Assembly (NCBI GenBank): GCA_030141605.1
Contig: JAQGDQ010000147.1
Location: forward strand, 124,001-188,000
Source of the DNA: Tubiluchus corallicola
Lineage: Eukaryota > Animalia > Priapulida
Reading direction: 5' to 3'
Length of the DNA stretch: 64,000 bases
In this document: positions 14,471-27,056 of the stretch, one piece after another
Position numbering within the stretch: the first letter of the stretch is position 1
Layout of the letters: every line of letters starts with the position of its first letter
Notes under the pieces: generated by a model
Database searches by the model: none
What the model saw: only the letters and a program-made list of their open reading frames with translations
Told to the model about the DNA's origin: nothing
Position numbers and translations under genes: made by a program

Positions 14471-17400
14471 TCAAATCAAGATCAGGCTAGATGAATAGAT
14501 AAAAAAGCAATTTTCTATTTGTTTAGTTGGGATGGGGTGTCTATATGCCATTTCTGTAAATATTGTTATACATTAAATTGTAGTCTGTATTGCTCATTGT
14601 AGCTTGTTTTTGACTTTATCTTTAATGTATATTAGAATGATGTATTAGTGGCTTTAACAAGACTGGCCTTCTATACAATACTCTCATCTGCTTCCTTTCC
14701 TCAATTCTTCAGCTTTTTAAAATGTGTTCGTCACTGTTGTTCCAGAATACCAATTGTTTAATTTCAGTAAATCGGATCTGATGCATGTAACTAGCCCTGT
14801 TTGGCCACACTTGAGAGAGTTATTATTGAGACAAGCTTTAAAAACTAGTAGAAAAGCTAATGATTTGTAATCTTACGTAATGAATGTGTAAAACATGTTA
14901 ATTCAGTAAACGTCTGTAGTGGTACCCCAGTTTTAAAGTAACTAAGTCCTAATGGCTCCTGTAATACATATAATTATATCTGTAAATTTGGCCACTCTTT
15001 GTCTATCATTTTTTTTACCAATGTACTATCCACCGGCAGCTTCTATTACAGTTTTGCACCTTTTATTCTGTAGCAAACAATGGCAGGTTTCATAGATGCT
15101 TTGCATGCTGATCTTGGCCTGTTACCTTGGTCTAATCACTGTAGTAGGCATTAGTAATAGCTGCATGTTTAAAATTGACAAATGTGTTAGGTTATTTAAG
15201 CTTGCGCTGTTTTGCTTACTGTGCCTTTGTTTGTTCCCATCATATACCTGATTTGTCAGGTTTTATCTGTCATTCCGCAAATGTGACAAATTCGTTAATC
15301 AACTCAAGAAGTTTATTGTACCATCACTGAACAGAAAAATTAATAAAGCTTCATATATAAAAATGAGTCATGCATTGACGTGAGCGTTGCTTAAAAGGTG
15401 AATGTACCTGTGCTGAGGTTACATCGTTGAATAAACTTTGATTAGTATATAATTCTCTTTTGCACTTTTCCTTGTAGGTGCATACCCATTCTTTGCAATA
15501 AATAATGCACAAACGAATGATTAATAGTAGCTGTCTCTGTGTGAGACGGGAAGTTTCTTTTACATTAACAGCAGACTAAAGTAATTGACCTTTCTTGGGT
15601 GTAGTAATCAATGTGTGACAACATTCACAGCTTCTTTATTACATATGACAGAGGATTTGTTGCTTTGAAGCTGCACGTTCTTTTTTTCATTTTCAGTCAA
15701 GACAATGAGGCAGCTAATTAGCTACCCAAACAATCAATCAGCCAACCAGTTAATCGATTAGTCAGTCAGTCAAAAGAGCTTCCAAACAAGCCACCTGTCA
15801 ACCAATCAGTTAGTTGTTCAGTCAGTCAGTCAATCAGCAATTTTTAAATCAGTTTTTATGTACAAAAAGGGTTAATATGAGTAAGACTTTTAGTGCCGCT
15901 GTTTTGTTTTAAGTACTTTTCACATTTATTTGGCTCTAACGATTTTCATTCTGTACATTCAATGACATTTTTTCTGCTGCTGAACACGACTAAAAATAAC
16001 CTGGTTGAAGGAAGTAAATCTAGAAATATTTTGTATCTTCTATATCTTGTTTTGTCTTCGATAAAGGCTATACGTAAATGAATATTTTTAGGAGGATATT
16101 ACTCTCAAGTAGTGACATCGAAAAGTTTACATTTGCCTGCACCGCACAAAGTGTAATTAAAATAATGTTATTTTGACATTACAGCGATTTCTTACAGCAT
16201 CTCAAATGTAATTGAGAATTGAAGAAGTAGCAATAGGCATCAAATCTTCATGATGTTCCATTGCCAGACAGCTGAAAATCCAAAACGGTAGTGTTCAAAA
16301 CTGCAAATCCAATAGTTCTTTCTGTTTTTCTCATCTTTCTAACTGCATTTTCAATATCTTTTATTAAAAGGCAGCATCTCTTCAACGACCAATATCCTAT
16401 GTGTGTAGGTGTAGACTTATTTATAAACACTGCCGTAATATTGATATAGAAGTTGTAACTTCAAAATTTGAGCAACACAGAATTTAATCATCTTTCTGAA
16501 ACGAAATCCTCTTTGAGTATCTTGTTTTCGCATGTTTTTTCTTGAGAGAGTGTCAAAAAACCTTAAGCCATCACAATTCTGAGTCACGATTATATGACGG
16601 GTTTATATAGGTTCACTCTGCTGAGAGGCAGCACATGTAAGATACACGTAATTTAAATTTGTGGAACAGGCACTCTAACGTGTCTATGGCACTCTTGTTT
16701 TCAACCCACGGTTACACAGACGCATACAACTGTGCGTGTTAAAGTGATAATAAATAAATCAATAAAATATTATGTAAAGAAAATTTAGTAAAATTTGCAC
16801 ATAACATAAAGTGACCTGCTGACAATTAGCTCGTAAGTTTACTTCGAGAAAAAACAGATTTGTGAATAATTTGATAAGCTTCTTCCTTAACTGTAAGGTA
16901 CGGTGTTTAACGATTGAGACGTAACAATTTGATGTAATGAAAATAGTTACTATTGATATTAGAAATTCATAGTGCTGAGTTACCCAGACTTTGCTGTGCA
17001 GATTATGAAGAATATGAAAATAATATTTTTTCTTGGTATCTAGTAAAGCGTGTAGAAAGAAAAACTCTATTTGGCACTATAAAAAAACAGGGTCAGATTA
17101 CTGCATTGACCAACTTTTACTAGACCATCGGCTTATATGGCTGTATGGGTTTGAGATCGCGCCTCAGCAGAGCCCAGTGAAGTAATACTACGAGTCTGTT
17201 TTACTTGTGTTGCAGATAGATAGATAAACAGATGCATAATACAAATAATATAACAATTTTATCAAATATGAGCTCAACTTTGAACCACAAAAACCAAATA
17301 TTTCATAGAATTAAAAAGTGAAAGAAGAAGGTGACAAGTAATGTGCGTATAGACTTACTCAGACCGTAACTAAAATGTACAACACATAAGCACAAAATTT

Positions 17401-17503
17401 GTGAACATTTAAATGACAAAACTAATAAAATAATTTGTGGTTCACGTTAATTTCATCTGTACAATAGTTTTCTCCGTTTGTCCAACATCCCAAGCAGATT
17501 TTC

Positions 17504-17799
17504 GGCGCGTTCAAACTAGCGAGTTTTCTCGCCAAGTAACTCGCAAGCGTTTTCAGAGTAGAGAACAAAACTTGCTGTGAGTTACTATATATATATCTGA
17601 CAGTAGGCGCAGCTGACTCCCTTCTTTATTCACTGTGAAAAGTATCGAGAGTAACTTGCGAGGCGTTCACACTAGAGAGTAACACGCAGGAAATCGCATC
17701 AATTGTCAGAGTTTATAATAACCTGCCGACAGTAACTCGGAGAAAGAGCAATTCACACATGCGAATTTACTATCAGAGAGAAAACTCGCTGGTCTGACC
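17504..17799. mobile_element. MITE-like element with ~22-bp imperfect terminal inverted repeats
   Basis: Left gttcaaactagcgagttttctc versus the reverse complement of right gagaaaactcgctggtctgacc (ggtcagaccagcgagttttctc); internal related copy ggcgttcacactagagag ~17662; no ORF. Confidence 0.65.
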
Positions 17800-17829
17800 T
17801 TTTGGCAGTAGTTTAGCTATCTCAATATT

Positions 17830-18073
17830 AATAATAAATAATAATCTTTATTTAAAGTCGACTTTAAATTCAACAGACGAACACAACCCTGCCACGAGGC
17901 TTTCATCGCCGACTGTAAAAAGGAAGTTACACGTTCAAAGCAGAAACTATGATGACCTCACTTTTACCCTAAACATCACACGCCAGTCAAGGTAACAGCA
18001 GGTATAATTTTTAGTCTTTCCAGACCTGGAACTCGCGACCTAGACTCTAGTTACCACTAGATTACACCGTCCG
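17830..18073 (-). mobile_element. tRNA-derived SINE remnant with a Meta-domain-like core
   Basis: Minus strand: ggtgtaatctagtggtaac (A-box-like) ... ggtcgcgagttccagg (B-box-like), then aaagactaaaaattatacctgctg...gactggcg...gatgtttaggg resembling the recalled MetaSINE core, ending tttaaataaagattattatttatt. Confidence 0.5.
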
Positions 18074-19964
18074 CATTAGACTATCTCCCATTAAATAAAC
18101 AAGCTTATCGAGGCCATTTCATTCATAAAGTGGGCTTCGTATTGAACTACAGAATCTATCAATTTAATACATTCATTGCCAAAAACCGATATAACCGATA
18201 TCTCATTCTCAACTCGATAGCTTGCAACTTAATTATTTTGACTTTCAGCACTGTGCTGAGAAAAAAGACAAACTACTATGAAAATGAAGTTGCTTGTTTG
18301 AACAGTAGTATATATATATATATATATATATGCTCCTCTGCAGAAGATTAAATATGTAGCCTAATAACATTTGGTGCAAATAAACACACACCTCTGTGAT
18401 GAAACACTGAACCGACAAAGGTGTCTCACTTACCCTCGGGCGTCGTATTATCCGTATAATAATCACGGACATATGGCATAACGAATATCGAACATAGTGG
18501 TTACCCATTCATAAAATATCAGGCTAAATGTTGCGTAACTTTGGTCGCTAAGCACAAAAAGATCTGTTCCGCTACATTGCTCGTCTGCTTTACATGGTTG
18601 TTATCAAATCGTTTATCTAATTTGAACACTAATTAATTTCCATTTTGTAATTTTGTCCCATGAATTTCGCACCCTAAATGTATAATTTTCATCTCTGAGG
18701 CAGTTGGGGGGCTAAAGAGGGGTTGAGCCATTCCTTTTCTTTTGTTATTAGACCTACCGACATCTTACAAGTATCTGCTCACGCGAAAATGTAAATAACA
18801 CCCAGTAACATCTCGGTTAATTTGCTAAGCTGTCACGTTTACAACATCTCAAATGAAGCCAACGGGAACAAGAGTCATTTTATGCGGCTTCACGCGCTCT
18901 GCGTCACATCGCTTCTACTTCGAAGGTGACATAAACTTTACATGAGCAAACTAATTACAAACACATTTTCATTAGTGAAAACGGCGTATAGCGAGAAAAA
19001 GTGCATAGAGCGATTACGAAGCCATTTGATTTATGAATTCGTGCGTAAGAGCTCATCAGTGCAATTGCAATGCTGATAAAATAGGCTTCATTTTCCTATT
19101 AAAATGCCACACTTAGTACATGACACCGCAACTTTAGTTACTGTCAGAACTCAGGATTGTATCTTCGCGATAAACACTGGACGTTATTCAGTGCATCATT
19201 ATTGCATTTGAACAGCTTATTCACGCTGAAACAGTGTGTCACTTTTTATGAACGCGATTACTTGATCGTTTGAAGTAGAGACAGCCTGTCGAGTTCAAAA
19301 CTGAAGATATTTACGGGTAAGTTAATGAATAAATTCTGCCCCACGTTACTGTACCTGAACGCAGCCTATCCACACTGAAGCACGTCTGCATAACAGTAAG
19401 TGACGTTTAAAAAATCCAAAGCCAGTTTTATATCTTGTAATCCCAACTTTGAGTGATATTACAAGAGTTGCTTTCTTTTTAATATGAATAATCATTAAAC
19501 AATGCTTCTAACAACATTTTCAATCCGTAAAGATTTGCAAGGAGCCTGTAGTTAAGTAGTTAGATGAGTTAACTTGACTGCTCAGGGAGGTTTAGGGAAT
19601 GTTCGTATGGTCAGCGTAGACCTGAATTTATTTGTCACTTAGAAAACTAAATTAAACAAATAAATAGTACGTTGCCAAAACGAATTACAAGTGTACCGAT
19701 CCCTGTTGTTCTAGTGAAAACTAAACGCTTACTAGTTCTGAACCTGTTTTATCCCACTAAGCAGAAAGCAGCCTATTTTTTCAAGGAATGTCAGTAGCAG
19801 GTTAATAGGAATTAAATGCCGAATCCAGAAGCTTATGGGAAGCGTGTTTCAACAAATCCGTTGAGGTAAATAACATTGCAAAATACATGTTCAAACTACT
19901 TCTTGGCAACTTTTTTGTTTTCAATACCTGGACTGTTATTACTTATTAACCATTGTTACCAGTG

Positions 19965-20070
19965 TCATTATTATCATCATCATCATTGCTTTGATTACCA
20001 TCATCACCATCACCATCATCATTTTCACTATTATCATCACCACCGTGACCATGACCATCATCATCATCAC
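19965..20070. repeat. Imperfect (CAT/CAC)n microsatellite
   Basis: catcatcat...caccatcaccat; explains the His-rich ORF 19876-20202. Confidence 0.85.
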
Positions 20071-20560
20071 GTACCGTATGTTGTACAGTTGCACATTACT
20101 GTGAGGCTGTCAGGTGATAAACGAAATACATGTACATTTTTTACACATCAACTGAAAGCAAACATCAGTCTGACTGAGTTCACTTTTACACGGCATGTGT
20201 AAGAGCTTAATTGAAGCAGTTGCGTCATCTTAAATTTATTGAAAGTCAAAGCAAAATCAAGAATACATGCATAATTTTACGGTTGGGTAATCTTTCGTTA
20301 CAAGACTGCCATAACGTCTTCCGAAAATAATTTCCGGTCGAAACACATTAGAGTTAACATTTTCTGCTTTCCGAGTGTTGTTAACCTTTGCATCAAAAGA
20401 GTTTTGCTTTAACACGGAGAAACCCGCATGTAAATGAGTTTGGTATATTCTTGACATAAATCGACGAACTGTCATGTATGGGGTTTTCAAAAAAAGAATA
20501 AAACTATTCAAACGTTAAGTAGTGTGATCATTTCGCAGATTATCGTCGTCTTAATGTTGC

Positions 20561-20577
20561 ATTATTATTACTATTAC

Positions 20578-20626
<49 letters not shown>

Positions 20627-20643
20627 GTTATTGTTATTGTTTT

Positions 20644-20731
<88 letters not shown>
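20561..20731. repeat. Compound (ATT)n(GTT)n(ATT)n microsatellite
   Basis: Directly visible trinucleotide runs. Confidence 0.95.
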
Positions 20732-20732
<1 letters not shown>

Positions 20733-21188
20733 GGATAAAATGCAATGACTTGCAGCATCCCAGACAGTTATAATAATCGACCAGGCTCAACCCACACCGA
20801 ATTCCCTGCGTAGATAAAAACAGGAAAGCAATAAACAGTTAACCCAAGCACTAAACGTTGCTACGACAGTAGTTTGTCAGTTGTCAGTATCACTTGCCGT
20901 AATAGACCTTTGGACTTTGAAAGCACATTGACGAGCTCAAATTTTCTAGCGTATTTTTGCGAACTGCTTATTGAAGACCTGAACGCTTGCTTCATTAAGC
21001 CTACTTTAACAGCTGCCCGCCAGCGCGTTACTGGGTGTCTTTTCACATTACTTCTAAAGGCAATAAAGTAGAAAACCTCCCTAAACGTTACTGAAAAGAA
21101 CAAACATATAGGTATAAATATTTAGAGGATGCCACGTTGACTGCTAATAGCTGTTTTTCTCTGTTTATTTTATAGTAAATGAAAAATC

Positions 21189-22352
21189 ATGGCCGCATCA
21201 AATGGACATCAGTCTGCTGATTCGGCGAATGCCAACCAATGTGACGTAACTTTGTCCACGCCAGGTCCTTCAACGGGGAACTTGTCTTCAGTAGAATACA
21301 CTTTTCGTGACAACGTCCTTCAGTTCTTAAAACAAATACCACTAGAGTTTGATCCGGCTCCGATAGGATTCTTCTATGTGGTAACTCTTCTAGCCGGACT
21401 GGTCGCCGTCTTGGGTAATCTCTTGGTGATCGTATCGATGCTATGTTGTATCAAGAAACTAAAACCGTCACTGATCATCATTATTAGCCTCTCCATCGCT
21501 GACATGATTCAAGGACTTGGTGGCGTCAACAAGGCACTCTACGTCTACTTTCATGTCATTCCCAGAAACATTGCATCTTGTTGGCTTAGCTTCACCCTTC
21601 CCTCTTACAGCTTCTTAGTGTCGTCTCTGAATATCATGTTGCTGTCGGGGGAACGGTATATTAGTGCAGTAAGACCGCTTCAGTATAAGAAGACAGTGAC
21701 TCGGAAGCGCACATTCTGGGCCATGGCTATTACCTGGGTTTTTGCAGCATTGTTCTCATTGTTAATCATTTCTGTATCCATCAGGGAACAAATCCACAGT
21801 GGCTTTACCGAACATTTACTGAAGATATGGTATTCGAATTTCGTGTGCGTCTATGACGGCGGTTACCACCAACACTGGCTGAATATCTTCTATTTTGCCT
21901 TGCTAATTTTCGGAGTATTGCAAACCGTCATCATGTACAGTCACATTTACGTTGTTATCATCAGGCGGGGGAACGCAAAGCCAATGGCGACTACCATTCC
22001 AACAGTAGACGTCCGAAACCAAGCTAGAATTCTGTTGACCATCTTCATTATTGTCTTTACCTTTGCCATGTCGTATTTGCCTATCATTGTCTATACAGTC
22101 TTACATATTAAAGTCAGTTTTCATAGCCATTCCTACAGTGAAAGAGTTCTGATTGTAGCAGGGTTCTGTCTCCCTGTCTTGGCTTCAGCAGTCAGTCCTC
22201 TGATTTACGCTCTGCGTTATAACGTAGTGAAGCGCAGCGTGTTGACGACATTACGAAAGGTGACCAGCAAGCAATATAACCTAGAAACGTATAACACTTG
22301 TCCTGGCAGACTGCAAAACATGACATCTTTTTCGGTGAATGAATCCATTTGA
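21189..22352 (+). CDS. Orphan class A (rhodopsin-like) GPCR, 387 aa, intronless CDS
   Basis: Seven hydrophobic segments; GNLLV (TM1), SLSIAD (TM2), Cys at the top of TM3, ERY followed by AVRPLQY, TM4 Trp, SYLP (TM6), SPLIY (TM7); N-terminal sequon NLS. Polypyrimidine acceptor tttatttttatag-type at 21175 suggests a 5'UTR intron. Confidence 0.93.
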   Translation: MAASNGHQSADSANANQCDVTLSTPGPSTGNLSSVEYTFRDNVLQFLKQIPLEFDPAPIGFFYVVTLLAGLVAVLGNLLVIVSMLCCIKKLKPSLIIIISLSIADMIQGLGGVNKALYVYFHVIPRNIASCWLSFTLPSYSFLVSSLNIMLLSGERYISAVRPLQYKKTVTRKRTFWAMAITWVFAALFSLLIISVSIREQIHSGFTEHLLKIWYSNFVCVYDGGYHQHWLNIFYFALLIFGVLQTVIMYSHIYVVIIRRGNAKPMATTIPTVDVRNQARILLTIFIIVFTFAMSYLPIIVYTVLHIKVSFHSHSYSERVLIVAGFCLPVLASAVSPLIYALRYNVVKRSVLTTLRKVTSKQYNLETYNTCPGRLQNMTSFSVNESI

Positions 22353-25300
22353 GCAGACAATCAGTGATGATGAAACGCCAATAGGAAGGAATGCTGTTGT
22401 GAGTACTTCTAAGGAGACGTGTCATAAAAACATAAAATTGTTATATTTATATGTGTAATTTTTGACTTGTTGCACGCACAAATAAGTGAAACTCCTACAA
22501 AGATCTGGAATGAGATAATAATGAATTCTTGACTGTATATTACAATACTCGTCTTAAACTTCTAATCTAACTTGCACTCATTTGATAGCACCGTGCACAG
22601 TACACTGCATAAAATCCAACTTAAAATTGTTGACTTCATAAGTTGATGGCTTCAGGTTCGCGTCCCACTTCGTCAATATGTTTTTTAAATAACGAAATAA
22701 GGTCAAATTTCAGCAACAAGAATAAGAAGTGCAACAAGAATCTTAGTGGTACATAGGGCTTCTGTTACACTTTAGCCAAAGTAATAGTGTGCTAATTATA
22801 TAAGCGATTCCTTTACAAGCAAAACAACAGATCGCTTGTAAACGCCCACCACAAATGACGTAAACTGTGCGTGCATCTTAGCAGAGCAGGATAAACAGAA
22901 CAACCTTTGAGGAAACCCAGTAACTCACACATCCGACATGCTGAGTAGATAATTTCACAGATGTAATAGTGCCTCAGTGTCACGTCATCATTAAAAATGC
23001 TTAAATTGTGAAAATAAGATTTTGCTAGTCACGCCTTATCTGTAACCTAAACTTAATTTATGATCTGTTTTCCATCTTACTGTGTTTTATTTACTACTGT
23101 GACAGTAATTCGGTATAGGAAGATTACAAAAAGTCAGGCAAGGAAAAAATTACATAATAAAATGCAGGAATTCAAATAGGAAAACTATTAAACTGGCTGT
23201 TTACAAATTTATGAGTTTTATGTAAACGTTTTCTTATGACTAACGATATAAAGAAGTTTGATTTACCGTATTAAAATAGTGTGTCGTTCTCACAGATTAA
23301 TCCCCTGCTTGTCAGTAATTAACTAATTAACTAAAAGTTTATCAAAAACAACTCATTATAGAAAGCAACATTAGGCGAAGCTGCTTGCATAAATGAGAGC
23401 AGCATTTCTACTCGAATTGTACTACCAACAGTAATAGTAGAAACATTACAGCCAAGAGCATTATCTAGAGATTCAAGTTACGCGATTGCAGTTTATGCAG
23501 GCATCTGTAATACATATAACTTAGAGATTATAGCTTCCTGACAGAGCGAACGTGATCGAGTCTTTATTATCTCCAAAATGTCATGCACCAGGACAGGTCT
23601 CTAATTAGAGAGATAATTACTGCACTTCAATGACTTACGTCTAGAGGCTTAATTAAGCGACACCTCAGATGTAGAATAAAGTTATAACGAGGAGGCCTGT
23701 AACGGATGTTATGAATATAATCCAATCCAGACGTCAACGAAAATGTTCAAACACCGAGATATTGCTTGGCAACAGAATGCCTGAGTTTCTTAGATTACTT
23801 GGCCACTTGTAAAGATAACAAAAATTATATCTTGGTTGTCAAAGACTGAATATACTTAATTCATGTGAATACACTTGCCTATCTTGCTTAAATCATATAG
23901 TTGTTCAATTACTCAGTCAATGATCACAAACACCCATAGTAAAGATCACAGTTAATTATCTTGACCTTTGACCTTCTGTACACACTAACAAACCATTCGA
24001 TTCTTCCCGTCTGTCTGCCTAGAAGGTAATGGTGCATCAAAAATTGGGTGTGATGGGTCAAAGCTAGGTCGAGCTGTGAGTAGACACGACCTTTATATAG
24101 TGCTCTGAAAGAAAATTACTTTATAGCACCATTAATAATGAACTTGCACAACTGCAAGTTTCAGACAGACAGCCTGTGAGTGGTTGCAAAAGGTTAAGGT
24201 TCAATGTTAATTAGCTGGGGTTGTGATCTATGTGGAGTGAAAATGTTCTTATGTGCTCCCCGAAAACATATTAGTGCTGTGAGTAGAAACAAAACTCCTT
24301 GAAATATTAACACTAACAGTTAAGGTCTGCTAAATGTTCTAATCACGCATTGAAAGTGGATTCATAAAAACAATGAAAGGTCAATGTCAGGGTAGGTACG
24401 ACCTTTTGATGTGAGCATGTTCTTGTGTGCTGTGTAAAATGTGTTTAGTCTAGAATTTAGAAAGAAAACTCATTGGAATATTGACATTAAACTTTTGGTA
24501 CAACAATAAAGGTTCATTTCAAGTGTTTTGGGTTTAAAAGGATATTGTCTGCGGTGTAAAACATTATCTCCTGTGTTTTAAAAAATGTGAGCTGCGTACA
24601 TCTATATGTCGACTGCTCTTTCTTACATATGCATTCACTATTTTGAGGATTAAAATGGCTTTGGCAGATGTTCATGAAGGTCAAAGGTAATATAATTGAA
24701 TATGCAGGTACTTCCTTTTGAAAATTTTATTTCAACATTATTACATACGAATTTGATCTGCAAAAAAAGATACTAAACCTTATAGTGGTTTGTGAAAGTA
24801 TCTAATTACTACTTGTTTATTTAAATGCATTTCATAATTTTATTCCATCAAACTAGAAATTAGTATTGTGCATTAAAAATCTTATCATAATTCACGTGGC
24901 AAATAGAACTATGTTTTTCACTTGTTTTCAATAATTTTACAAATCAATAGTTTTTTAATTTGTTCCAGATTTGATTTGGTGAAGTACCTCACTTCATTCA
25001 CCATGTGCAGGCTAATTTTTTTCCAACGGTATTCATAAAAAATAATGTTTAATGAATAAACAACACAAACTCATCTTTATTCACAAAAACTAGTATTTAC
25101 AAGCTCTATAAATTATGTACAGTTATCTCAGTTGCCTTAACAAACAAAAGATATAGCAAATGCTATAATATTACTAAACATTATACAGGTAAACAACTAG
25201 TCAGATGCATTAATATGACGCCATTGATTATCTCGCCAGATATGTTTCTACCTGTATCAGGAAAAGGATAAGGTCATGTTATGATAACAAACTTGTTCAC

Positions 25301-27056
25301 GACTAGTATTCCTTAGTGCATGTAATAACAATCATGGGCATACAGGAAATGCTTAATGCAGCAATATCATAATTCTTAATATGTTTAGTAGCTCTGTCAT
25401 TGCATCTGCTTTCGGTAAGTAGTTCATTTGGTTAAAAAACTATCAGTTAAATATTATCCAGGATGATTTTAAAAATAATATCTAAGCTAACAATGCACAT
25501 ATAAATTAGACTTGTTGTGTCTAACAGAGAATTGTAGAAAATATCATATTTATTATCAACTTATTTTTTAGTTACACCTTATTATTGTTATAATATCTCA
25601 CTGGTGTTTCTTGCAAAAAAATACATCAATTATTTCTGTAATAACTTGCAATTTATTACACAAAGATTTACTATCATAAACAGTGTGTTATTGCATGAAT
25701 AAAAGCTATAAGATCAAAATGAGTTGCAACATAAAAATTATTATGCATTCATCAAATCATTATCAACAAAATGATACAGTGGTATTTATAAGCAGAACTC
25801 TCAAAGCAACTCCATTACAAAGGCAAGATGATGCAACTTGACACAAAGGCAACTATACATCTCTAATTTATGTACTAGTGACAATAATTATTTATACCTG
25901 TGCCAAACGTTTAATATGAAGTGTAAAAATAAGGTGATAAAGGCTAAGAACACGACATTAAAAAACTAAAAGAGGAAAGAACAAATAATGCATCATGCTA
26001 TTTATAAACATTCATATGTAAAAAGGTTATTACTTTATTAACATCTTAAAAGATATTAACATAATAAATTAAGTGATTAAGTATTTTGAAAATAAAGCTT
26101 GGCCTTGAGAAAAATAACAAAAACACAAATAAACGCAAAGAAAAATGATGAGAATGACTGAATTGAGTAATATATTTGTTTGCTGCTTAATGACTAGCTG
26201 TCATTATGAAAAAAAAACAATGAAAGTACATGCGTTCTAGAAGGTTTAACGAAAAATTTTGTTTTTTGACTAGACTAAACTACATTGTAAAAAGTACTGA
26301 GACCTTTACTTCAAATAATCCCTAACTTGATATTAATTTACTTTATTTACAAGTTGTGATTTTCTCAGATATTGCACATAAGTGGCAACAACAAAATTTT
26401 GGCATGAAAATATTCTGTAAATTTTAAACTAATTGCAGCCCACATATTTAAATGCTAAACGTTTTGGACATTTAGAAATCGTTCAGATACTAGTAATTAT
26501 TTTAAAACCCATAAATGGTAATTACATGTGATTTGTTCTGCAAAAAGCACTCATGAATCAAACAAACTACTTATTGTAAATCTTGAACAATGGTTTTTAA
26601 CCAATCTGAAAACACCTTGTACAATGATTTATAACATGATTTATTGTTTCTGCCTTAAATGATCATTGTGTTTAAAACTTTTACAGATCATTTTGTTCAT
26701 TTCAATAATAATAGTATGCTTTTCACAGTACGACAAATAAAGATTTATACTATTCCAACGTACGAGTTCAACTTCCTGAAAGTTCAAACAATTGAATTTC
26801 AGCTATAATGAGGAAAGGCAAGCCATAAGTCTTTCAGCAGCAAAATATTGTGCAAATGTTAAGGAAAGCCATGTTAGAAATTTAAATCAAGATTTTAAAT
26901 AGTCTGCACAACTTTTCCAATCAATTTGTACTTCCTGTAAAAAATAAATAAATATTACCAAATAGGAGATCACAGCAAATGTTGCAACATTCACTATCAA
27001 TCCTGAGCCAAAACAGGTAGTTTTTTCACTTGAGTGTATAAAAAAATTTGCTTTTG

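Noticed and set aside
19876-20790. His-rich, poly-Tyr/Ile and poly-Asn ORFs
   Set aside because: Microsatellite translations.
23960-24690. Clustered TGACCTTTGACCT / AGGTCAAAGG nuclear-receptor DR1-like motifs
   Set aside because: This motif is common in invertebrate interspersed repeats; regulatory function cannot be supported from sequence alone.
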